Assembly (NCBI GenBank): GCA_000146465.1
Contig: CP001947.1
Length of the DNA stretch: 64,000 bases
Strand: one strand, 5' to 3'
In this document: positions 56,981-64,000 of the stretch, piece by piece
Layout: each line of letters begins with the position of its first letter
Numbering within the stretch: the first letter of the stretch is position 1
The notes under the pieces: model-generated
Databases searched by the model: none
Told to the model about the DNA's origin: nothing
What the model saw: the letters and a program-made list of their open reading frames with translations, nothing else
Program-made: the position numbers and the translations under genes

Positions 56981-58213
56981 TTAGTTGAGAAGTCCTTTTT
57001 CCAGGTTCTTTAAGATTTGGATTCGTTTCCAAACGATAAGCTTTTTTACATACCAAACGTTTCGGTTGAAGATCTTTTTGTGTTTATCGCAACGCCTTCT
57101 CCAATAGTTGTTTAGTGATTCTGGGGTCTTGCAGCAGCTTAGCAAAGACTTGAAGTCTTTTATATTTTTTTCTATAATGTAGTTTCCAGTCCATGTAATT
57201 TTTGATATTAGGGTTTTGAGATAGATCTGGAGTCTTTCTTCTTCCCCTCCAAAGATTTCCAGCTGTTCTTGGGTGGTTTCCTCCACAGAGGTGTCGTAGG
57301 GCTTGTGAAGGATCTTGTTGAGGTTTTTTATGGCTCTCAACACATCAAAATTCTTTTTGTAGTTCATGATATATATGTACAGAAAGGTTGATATCTCTAT
57401 CTCTGGAATGTGGATGGTCCAAGTGGTGTCGAGTGCATAAAAAAATGTCTTGAACTTCCTTTCAAGATCTTCGGTGATCTCCAGGAGAAAGATTCCACAA
57501 ATCCTTTGAAGATACTGGAAAAACATTCCATAATCTCTTCTAAGATCCTGTCTGAAGCAAGCCTTGTTATTTTCAATCTCTTCATCAGGAATTCCTGTTT
57601 CGTTGTAGAATTCCACAATGCGACAAGCATGGCGATTCTTTTGAATGCTAGTGCATTTTTCTCCAAGACGTTTAAGTATTCTATACACAGGAATTAGGCC
57701 TGTGTCTTCAAAGCGGGCCGTAAGGAATCGGGAGTATTTCATTCCTAAAGCCTCAAGCCTTTCCCTTTCTCTTTCTTCGCGTGGATACAGCTGCATCGAC
57801 TGATAATAGTCCAAGTAAAGATAAGTCTTTCCTTCGGCTTCCATCTCTATTCTCTTCGAGTAATAGCCCAGTGCTCTGAGAACCGGATATATCGGCAAGG
57901 GCTTTGAAAGAGCTCTTCCCGGCATTTCTTTAACTGTGTCCGCAAAGATATCGAAGTATCTGGTGGATTTAATACCTAGATAGTTTTTGATGTCATCAAA
58001 CAGTACATAGTAGATCAACAAGTTCACATAGTCCTCGCTATATTTCTTGATTAGGAACTTCCTGGGCTTTTCCTTGTTGATGGTTTTTCCAACAAAAGCT
58101 GGTAGAATTTCGCTTGAAACTTCCATTCTGTCTTTTATGATATGACCCTCCTCACAGATATAGTCGTTCTCTATCATCTCGAGGGGAGCACCACATATTT
58201 CACAGACAATCAT
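56981..58213 (-). CDS. Zinc-ribbon protein, possibly a TFIIB-related factor (Brf1/Rrn7-like)
   Basis: The first ATG at 58213 gives the N-terminus MIVCEICGAPLEMIENDYICEEGH (CxxC...CxxH ribbon), followed by a helical region. The track starts at TTG 58273. Confidence 0.4.
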   Translation of the reverse strand: MIVCEICGAPLEMIENDYICEEGHIIKDRMEVSSEILPAFVGKTINKEKPRKFLIKKYSEDYVNLLIYYVLFDDIKNYLGIKSTRYFDIFADTVKEMPGRALSKPLPIYPVLRALGYYSKRIEMEAEGKTYLYLDYYQSMQLYPREERERERLEALGMKYSRFLTARFEDTGLIPVYRILKRLGEKCTSIQKNRHACRIVEFYNETGIPDEEIENNKACFRQDLRRDYGMFFQYLQRICGIFLLEITEDLERKFKTFFYALDTTWTIHIPEIEISTFLYIYIMNYKKNFDVLRAIKNLNKILHKPYDTSVEETTQEQLEIFGGEEERLQIYLKTLISKITWTGNYIIEKNIKDFKSLLSCCKTPESLNNYWRRRCDKHKKIFNRNVWYVKKLIVWKRIQILKNLEKGLLN

Positions 58214-58257
58214 TCTGGGATTTCCAAGGGCATTTTTATCTATGTCTTCCTTCGCCC

Positions 58258-59652
58258 ATGGAAAAGAACACAAAGATCAAGGGCGGGTCCTTCAAAACCA
58301 TGGGATTGGATTACAGACTTCTCCGAAACATTCTTTACGAAAACCCAACGCCAATTCAAAGAAAGACAATTCCGTTGGTTCTGGAGAGAAGGAGTCTAAT
58401 GGGGGTTGGAAGAACAGGGAGTGGAAAGACACTATGCTATCTCATCCCTGCTGTGCAACGAGCCATCGAGGGAGAAAGAACACTTGTGATTGCCCCTACC
58501 AAGGAGCTTGTCACCCAGGTCAGAAGGGTACTGAAGAGACTGGCAAGAGGGATAGAGGATGTATGGAAGCTCATTGAAATCAACACTCCAGGAAATATTC
58601 AAAGCACAAGTGTTGAGATGCTGGTGGTTGATGAAATAGATAGAATTCTGGAAGAGCCAAGCCTGAAGTTGGTATTTGATAGGATAAGCGAAGAGGTGGC
58701 GTGCCAGAAGGTATTCTTTAGTGCAACACTCCCAGATCATCCATTGAACATAAAGGTAGTTGAAATAGAGGCCAAGATAAACGAGACGGTTAAGCATTTT
58801 TTCTTCTATGTTCCAAGTGAGAGCAAGGAGGCAGCTCTGCTTCGAGTATTGGATAAGACAAGAAAGACAATTGTGTTTGTTGCAACTAAGTATGCTGTGG
58901 AATTGCTTCTAGAGATCCTTAACAAAAACAATTTCGAGTCACGTGGAATTTATTCTTCAATGGACGATGAGGCAAGAAGAACCAATTTCAAAGACTTCAA
59001 CTCTTCCAAGTTCAACATTCTTGTTGTGACGGATGTTGCAGCACGTGGACTAGACATCCCATATCTTGACACTGTTGTAAACTATGATCTGTGTGACGAA
59101 AGGACATTTCTGCACAGGGTTGGGCGTGTTCGGGGAATGGGAGTGCAATACAGCTTTGTGACATACACAGATGTCTTTCACTTCTTCAACATACAGGAAA
59201 CATATCTTCCCAATGTTGAGATCGGAACAATTCCTCAGGAGTATCTAGATGTTTATGACTTCGGGGAATTTGAGCATCTAAAGTCTGTTGCAAACAAAGG
59301 ACATCAGAAATGCCTTGAATTTAGAAGAAAAGTCAGTGTTCCGGCCGAGTACAAAGACAAGATAAAGGGATTCAAAACTCATTCTATGTTTGAGCATAAG
59401 GAAACACTTCTTGACCAGCTTAAAGAGATGGAGAGCCGCAAGACATTACCTCGAAAGGAAGATGAAAAAGTAGAAAACAAAGAGTACAGAGACCAGACAT
59501 TTATACCCTATGCCCGTAAGGACTCTAGAATTCATTCATCTGCGTTTGGAGTGGCGAAAGATGATTACGTCAGAGAAAGAAAGGAAAAATTTTCTTTTTC
59601 CATGATGAGGAGGAGAACAGCAAAGAAAACGGCGGAAACAAGTAAAAAATAA
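58258..59652 (+). CDS. DEAD-box ATP-dependent RNA helicase
   Basis: Q motif (PTPIQ), motif I GRTGSGKT, motif II VVDEID, motif III SAT, motif VI HRVGRVRGMG. Confidence 0.85.
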   Translation: MEKNTKIKGGSFKTMGLDYRLLRNILYENPTPIQRKTIPLVLERRSLMGVGRTGSGKTLCYLIPAVQRAIEGERTLVIAPTKELVTQVRRVLKRLARGIEDVWKLIEINTPGNIQSTSVEMLVVDEIDRILEEPSLKLVFDRISEEVACQKVFFSATLPDHPLNIKVVEIEAKINETVKHFFFYVPSESKEAALLRVLDKTRKTIVFVATKYAVELLLEILNKNNFESRGIYSSMDDEARRTNFKDFNSSKFNILVVTDVAARGLDIPYLDTVVNYDLCDERTFLHRVGRVRGMGVQYSFVTYTDVFHFFNIQETYLPNVEIGTIPQEYLDVYDFGEFEHLKSVANKGHQKCLEFRRKVSVPAEYKDKIKGFKTHSMFEHKETLLDQLKEMESRKTLPRKEDEKVENKEYRDQTFIPYARKDSRIHSSAFGVAKDDYVRERKEKFSFSMMRRRTAKKTAETSKK

Positions 59653-59749
59653 ACGAATTTTATTGGCAAGTAAGTTGTTGTGTCTTCTTAGTTATAAAGG
59701 TTTTCAAGAAATCAGGGTTTTGGAATTGTGTATCTCCTTTAAAGTAGGA

Positions 59750-59822
59750 GGCCTCATAGCTCAATGGTTAGAGTGTCGGCCTACGGAGCCGAAGGTTGAG
59801 GGTTCGAGTCCCTCTGGGGTCG
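59750..59822 (+). tRNA. tRNA-Arg (anticodon ACG), 73 nt
   Basis: Hand-folded: acceptor GGCCTCA/TGGGGTC, D-arm GCTC/AATGGTTA/GAGT, anticodon stem TCGGC/GCCGA with loop CTACGGA, T-arm GAGGG/TTCGAGT/CCCTC, discriminator G. Confidence 0.85.
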
Positions 59823-60404
59823 GCTGTCTTTTGTGCTTCTTTTTTTCTTCCTAGACTTTTTCATCCACATCTCTAGTGCATTGCTTCTGTATCTGCCCTG
59901 CACATCTTCATCCAACGAGTTCCACATCTTAATGAACATACGAACGTTTTCTTCTGGAGACACATTTATGTCGCCACAGATGTCGAAGAGTTCGTTTACA
60001 AAGAAAAGATATCCTGAACACTCCCATCGCTGTATATCCCGTATTTTAACATATTTTCTTAGCTTCTTTATCGTGTTTGTATCATTGACTAAATTGCCGT
60101 CGTCACAGCCATCCAACTCATTGGCTTCCTCAAGATCTTTATTGCATTTTTCCACATACATATTCCTCTCCTCGTCCGGCATTTCCTTCCATACAGCCAT
60201 CATATTCAAGGCAGTATCGACACAACTTGTGTATTTGTAATTATTACTTTGGAAAAAGTCCCTGGCAAAGACCGTGAATGGAGATCTCTGCTTGGTAGGC
60301 ATTGAATACAAGGATTCAAAAAATTTCATCTCGGGGGTATGTATCTTCGAAAAATACACCAAAGGAATTAGATAGTACAGTAGAGGCCAATAAATAGAGT
60401 CCAT
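59781..60404 (-). CDS. HMG-box protein (two divergent HMG boxes, basic tail). Its 3' end overlaps tRNA-Arg in antisense.
   Basis: Box-like segments KQRSPFTVFARDFF...MMAVWKEMPDEERNMY and KKLRKYVKIRD...IKMWNSLDEDVQGRY, with tail KKSRKKKRSTKD. The last 14 codons are the reverse complement of the tRNA. An alternative start ATG lies at 60329. Confidence 0.5.
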   Translation of the reverse strand: MDSIYWPLLYYLIPLVYFSKIHTPEMKFFESLYSMPTKQRSPFTVFARDFFQSNNYKYTSCVDTALNMMAVWKEMPDEERNMYVEKCNKDLEEANELDGCDDGNLVNDTNTIKKLRKYVKIRDIQRWECSGYLFFVNELFDICGDINVSPEENVRMFIKMWNSLDEDVQGRYRSNALEMWMKKSRKKKRSTKDSRPQRDSNPQPSAP

Positions 60405-60411
60405 TTAATCC

Positions 60412-60957
60412 CTATTTTCCCACCAGGCCCGAATTCACATTCTTTTCTTCAGCAATCTTGTTATAGACGGCCTTCTCGTCGTCGCTGAGTTCTTTCCATC
60501 TCTTTGCAACAGCAGACGTAGTCTCCATCATCGTGAAGCTGGGATTCTCTTCAGAAACAGCTTTTCGGACTGCCTTAAAGAACTCGTTGTACCCAGTTAC
60601 TTTCTTGGCTCCTTTTTTCTTTCTTCCAGCTGCTGCTTCATCAGCTGCAACCTTCTCAAGATAATCCTGGTACTCATCGCTCTTCTTGTATTCCTCAACC
60701 TTTGCCAGATATAGCTCTCTCTCCTTGTTTGAAATCTTGTTGTATTCCTCTCTTTCCTCATCAGAGAGCTTCTTCCACATCTCAGAAATAGATCTTCCTT
60801 GGTCTGCTACGGGTAGCTTGCTCAGTTCCTCATTCTTCTTCCTTTGCTCCTGCCCAAAAATAAAGTACCCCGACATAGGCTTCTTCGGTGCATTGGGGTC
60901 CTTGCGTTTTTTTACTGCCGCTTTACTCCTTGGCTTTTTGCTCTTCTCAGTTACCAT
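60412..60957 (-). CDS. HMGB-type protein with two HMG boxes
   Basis: 181 aa. KDPNAPKKPMSGYFIFGQEQRKK...SEMWKKLSDEEREEYNK and KKVTGYNEFFKAVRK...AKRWKELSDDEKAVYNK. Confidence 0.75.
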   Translation of the reverse strand: MVTEKSKKPRSKAAVKKRKDPNAPKKPMSGYFIFGQEQRKKNEELSKLPVADQGRSISEMWKKLSDEEREEYNKISNKERELYLAKVEEYKKSDEYQDYLEKVAADEAAAGRKKKGAKKVTGYNEFFKAVRKAVSEENPSFTMMETTSAVAKRWKELSDDEKAVYNKIAEEKNVNSGLVGK

Positions 60958-61083
60958 AATGATGGGGGTAGAAGAAATAGCTTATAAAATTTTAATAAGA
61001 ACCAGCCCAGTCGATATTTTACAGTTAAATCGCCCTTCTAACCTCTTATCATATGCAGTAGATACCAATTGATAGAGTGTCTT

Positions 61084-61860
61084 TTACAAAATATCATTCT
61101 CGGGCCTGAGTCTCTCCTTAACAATCTCAAGTAGCTTCTTCACCTCGGAAAGCATAGCATGTGTTGAAATGTATTCCTCTATGACTCTGTGTGCCTCATT
61201 CAAGTCTCCCTGAAGTGCATTACATACCTCCTTCTCATCTCCACTGACATCAAGATCTAGAGGCGTCCCCTCGATGGAATAGCAGAGAAATCCACAGAAG
61301 GTGTATATGTTTTCCTTGAACCCCAAGAATATTTTAGCTGCCTCTCCATACCTTCCAAGTTCTATATACACCTCTGCAATGTCTCTCATTGCCTTTTTCT
61401 TATGATGCTTCCAGCTGCTTCCACAGTAGCACTCAGCAACCTTCTGCAGGCATTCCAGGCATCCCTCGAGATTTCCTTCCTTTCTTAGTATCTCAGATGC
61501 TCTTTGGAAACTCACTGCTGCCAAGCTCTCTCGTCCACATTGCTTGGAATACATCCCAGACTTCTTATATGCCGAAATGGCTTTTTCAGGATATTCATCC
61601 TCACATGTCTGTGCTATCTTCTCATACACCTGCGAAGCTTGATATCTTCCATACTCTCCGTCCTCCATCTCATAGGTCTTTGCCGCCTCCTCGTAGTATC
61701 GTATCTTTTCAGATGTCTCCTCTTCCATATTTCCAATCTCCATGAAAATCTCCGCAGAGCTTTCATAGTCTGGCGATGAAAACAGATTGAATGGAAATGC
61801 TCCCTTTGTCCTCAATTTCTCTGCTTCCTTTAGTTTTCTGGTTTTGGATTCAGCATCCAT
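61084..61860 (-). CDS. SEC17: Alpha-soluble NSF attachment protein (alpha-SNAP/Sec17)
   Basis: N-terminus KGAFPFNLFSSPDYESSAEIFMEIGN and TPR-like helical repeats match alpha-SNAP. First ATG at 61860 (track TTG at 61926). Confidence 0.6.
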   Translation of the reverse strand: MDAESKTRKLKEAEKLRTKGAFPFNLFSSPDYESSAEIFMEIGNMEEETSEKIRYYEEAAKTYEMEDGEYGRYQASQVYEKIAQTCEDEYPEKAISAYKKSGMYSKQCGRESLAAVSFQRASEILRKEGNLEGCLECLQKVAECYCGSSWKHHKKKAMRDIAEVYIELGRYGEAAKIFLGFKENIYTFCGFLCYSIEGTPLDLDVSGDEKEVCNALQGDLNEAHRVIEEYISTHAMLSEVKKLLEIVKERLRPENDIL

Positions 61861-61966
61861 GGGCCCCTTCCCGTGTGTTTTTTTAAGCACCTCCGCTTTT
61901 TCAAATCCAGAGAGCAACCTGCACAAAACTTTATTTAATAAACATCAATAAATCTATCCTGAAGAC

Positions 61967-62890
61967 TTAATGGGAGCAGAAGGGCTTTCTGCTGAGATTG
62001 TATATTAGTATCCCCACAATACTTATGGCTAATCCTGCATAGTTCAAACTGCTTAGGGTGATATCTTTTGTTACTATTGCATAAAAAATAATTATCAGCT
62101 CCTTAACAATCCCTGCAACACTTAGAAACACAACACCGGTTTCCGAAACAAGCATGAACTCTGCACATAGTAGCGTAAATGATAGGACCCCGCAAAGAGA
62201 AATATACCCAAAATTTCGTAGGGCAGCATCAAACGTGTTGAAAAACCTAGATGTTGCTATCTCCATGAGACCTTCAACATGCAAAGAAATTAAGAGGAGG
62301 AGGAACGATATGGGAAGGCAAAGGTCCCTTATGGTTACAAGAATTCCTTCCTTCCGGACTTCCTGATTTCTAATAAGGTATTGGACAAACGCCCATCGGA
62401 ACCCTGCCATCAAAGAAGCAAACGAGATGGTTCCGAATCCAATAATATCAAAGCTTGTGTTTTTTATTGACGTGAGAAACACTCCCACGCCAATGGTGAA
62501 TATCGTCAGAAAAAACGTTATCGATGGTTTCTCGATCCCAAGTGCAAATCCAAATAACAGAATAAACACCGGAGAAGAAGACTTCACCATTGTGTAGAAT
62601 GCAAGGGTTGCCGACCTTAGAGATATGGATGAAAGGCCTATGTCTGTGGCTCCTGCAAGGGCACATGGAAACGAAGGCCCAAAGTAATTAGGCTTTGGAG
62701 CTTTTTCCTTCTGAAACCTCAGGGCTGTGGATGCTCCGAAAAAATGGATCAGGTTCTGCATGGACGCCTTGAACAAGGGAAAGGAGAAATTGTATGTCTT
62801 TTTGGAAAGCAGAAACGATGTTAGATATCCCAGGCTTAATGACAGAACATAATACATGAGCACTAATCCCAGTACTCTGATTCTGTTCAT
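61967..62890 (-). CDS. Drug/metabolite-transporter-superfamily membrane transporter, nucleotide-sugar/triose-phosphate transporter-like
   Basis: 307 aa with about 9-10 TM helices and a TPT/NST-like C-terminal region (KELIIIFYAIVTKDITLSSLNYAGLAISIVGILIYN). Confidence 0.5.
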   Translation of the reverse strand: MNRIRVLGLVLMYYVLSLSLGYLTSFLLSKKTYNFSFPLFKASMQNLIHFFGASTALRFQKEKAPKPNYFGPSFPCALAGATDIGLSSISLRSATLAFYTMVKSSSPVFILLFGFALGIEKPSITFFLTIFTIGVGVFLTSIKNTSFDIIGFGTISFASLMAGFRWAFVQYLIRNQEVRKEGILVTIRDLCLPISFLLLLISLHVEGLMEIATSRFFNTFDAALRNFGYISLCGVLSFTLLCAEFMLVSETGVVFLSVAGIVKELIIIFYAIVTKDITLSSLNYAGLAISIVGILIYNLSRKPFCSH

Positions 62891-62990
62891 TCCTCTTGAG
62901 TGTATTTTCTTTGGAGAGTCTTTTCTTCACAATGTTTCAAAGCCCCATCCAATCACATTGTTGTGTCTGGAACAAATGAATTCTGGTTTC

Positions 62991-62998
62991 TATAAATA
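62991..62998 (+). promoter_or_regulatory. TATA box (TATAAATA) about 25 nt upstream of the U2 snRNA 5' end
   Basis: Read in sequence; the position fits snRNA-type promoters. Confidence 0.45.
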
Positions 62999-63017
62999 TG
63001 TTTTTTTTCCTAGGCCC

Positions 63018-63210
63018 TACCTCTCAAGCCAATCGGCTTTGATCAAGTGTAGTATCTGTTCTTGCCAGTGTAAGAACTGGCATTATCCGTAAGGATAAAT
63101 TCATCGAATTTTTGGATGGCAGGGTGATGTAGAGGAGCTTGAGCGCTTGCGTTTCGGCCAATCTACTTGAGGTCTGCAGGCTTCTGGGCTGTAGAGCCTA
63201 GGAAAAGCCG
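63018..63210 (+). ncRNA. U2: U2 spliceosomal snRNA
   Basis: GATCAAGTGTAGTATCTGTTCTT at 63041-63063 is identical to the conserved U2 5' region, including the GUAGUA branch-point-interacting sequence. Stem I is AAGCC/AATC/GGCTT. Stem IIa is GTTCTTGCCAG..TAAGAAC..TGGC. Canonical Sm site AATTTTTGG at 63107-63115. 3' stem-loops, then a T7 run at 63211-63217. The 5' and 3' ends are approximate. Confidence 0.8.
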
Positions 63211-63268
63211 TTTTTTTGTAATGTTTTCTGTTCTATTTCTTTTATCCAAGGATCCCCAACTCAAAGAA

Positions 63269-64000
63269 ATGAAGTATGCGGAGATCATCATAGGGCCTCC
63301 TGGAAGCGGGAAGTCTACCTATGTCATGAATAAAAAGACATGGCTCTCCCATAGAAGTCCATACACAATAAATCTTGATCCGGGGAATTCCAACTCCAAG
63401 GAGTTTGACTATTCGATATGCTCCATCTCGTCGTCTTCGGTATATCAAGAAAAACATGATGTTGGGCCTAACATGTCCACAAAATGCATTTTAGAGGAAT
63501 TTGTTACTCGTATCGATGAGTTCTTCCGGGAGAACATTGAAGATACAGACCACTACGTCCTAATAGATTTTCCAGGACAGGTGGAATTTTTTATATCCAG
63601 CGATATTCCCAACAGAATCATCAGATATCTTAAAAGAAATGGATATTCGGTTGTGGTTTTGAATCTTATCGACCTGGTATTCTTCTCGAACAGTCACTCG
63701 CTGGTTTCATCGTATCTAATCTCGACATTGTGCCTCTGTCTTCTTGAGTCGGCCCAGATCAACATCATCAGCAAATGCGACAATTGGAAAAGTCTTGAGA
63801 TGGAGTATCCGTTGGAAGAGATTGCATCGTTGGAATGTCTAGAGGAGATTCCGAGGAAGAAAAAGTTGTATAGTGAGATGATCTCTTTTGTCCTCAACCA
63901 AGGACTGCTACTGTATGAAATCCTGGACTATGACAATCCAGACTCTGTTCTAAATCTTCAGGTTGGCATAGACAGAGCAAGCGGGTTGTTTTTTGAAGAC
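63269..64000 (+). CDS. GPN-loop GTPase (Npa3/XAB1/GPN family), 5' part; the gene continues beyond the window end
   Basis: Hand-translated: MKYAEIIIGPPGSGKSTY (P-loop), LIDFPGQVEFF (G3, typical of GPN GTPases), and 244 codons open to the window end. Absent from the ORF track, probably because no stop lies inside the window. Confidence 0.7.
   Translation, partial: MKYAEIIIGPPGSGKSTYVMNKKTWLSHRSPYTINLDPGNSNSKEFDYSICSISSSSVYQEKHDVGPNMSTKCILEEFVTRIDEFFRENIEDTDHYVLIDFPGQVEFFISSDIPNRIIRYLKRNGYSVVVLNLIDLVFFSNSHSLVSSYLISTLCLCLLESAQINIISKCDNWKSLEMEYPLEEIASLECLEEIPRKKKLYSEMISFVLNQGLLLYEILDYDNPDSVLNLQVGIDRASGLFFED

Noticed and set aside
59676-59710. GTAAGTTGTTGTGTCTTCTTAG, an intron-like string between the DEAD-box gene and tRNA-Arg
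   Set aside because: No start codon upstream and no downstream exon in frame. It is treated as a chance occurrence.
59663-59854. 63-aa plus-strand ORF spanning tRNA-Arg
   Set aside because: It translates through the tRNA sequence. tRNA structure explains the region.
62856-63092. 78-aa plus-strand ORF (MSTNPST...CKNWHYP)
   Set aside because: It covers the U2 snRNA 5' half. Cys-rich translation of a structured RNA, not a protein gene.
1-64000. Search for CRISPR arrays, rRNA genes, transposon ends or long terminal and inverted repeats
   Set aside because: No direct-repeat/spacer periodicity, no rRNA-like conserved blocks and no transposase-like ORFs were seen. The only repeats are short coding tandem repeats and low-complexity K/E codon runs.

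Overview
This window reads as a gene-dense nuclear segment of a microsporidian-like eukaryote (inference). Intergenic spacers are mostly 40-150 nt, the proteins are short and divergent, and a recurring AAATTT-plus-CCC motif sits just upstream of start codons. I call about 55 protein-coding genes. Confidently identified ones include aspartyl-tRNA synthetase, a SMARCAL1-like SNF2 helicase, the Doa10/MARCH6 RING-CH ligase, the Ssu72 phosphatase, a cullin, a USP-type deubiquitinase, a Brr2-like DExH helicase, a P4-ATPase flippase, a thiolase, PMT, CCT-epsilon, ribulose-phosphate epimerase, a Cwc24-like protein, Erv2-like sulfhydryl oxidase, TFIIB, ribosomal proteins S18, L36, L5, L19 and L14, an Sm-like protein, OLA1/YchF, Med21, a Ctr9-like TPR protein, Pus7, a DEAD-box helicase, two HMG-box genes, alpha-SNAP and a GPN-loop GTPase. 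There are two tRNAs, Trp-CCA and Arg-ACG. A spliceosomal U2 snRNA gene lies at about 63018-63210, with a TATA box, a GUAGUA branch-site pairing region, a canonical Sm site and a T7 terminator. The ORF track missed three ribosomal-protein genes because each carries a 25-30 nt GTAAGT...AG intron immediately after the start codon. For RPL19 the intron falls inside the start codon, as AT|G, and RPL14 is otherwise visible only as an ORF with no ATG. These three genes share a near-identical promoter, start and intron-start module, AAAAATTTGCxCCC..AAAATG(G)TAAGTG. A 263-aa membrane-anchored protein carries a fungal Cyr1-type adenylate-cyclase catalytic domain but none of the regulatory domains. A tandem pair of double-HMG-box genes has its 3' end overlapped in antisense by tRNA-Arg. 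No CRISPR array, rRNA or obvious mobile element is present. All coordinates were derived by hand against the supplied ORF track, and intron and ncRNA boundaries are approximate.
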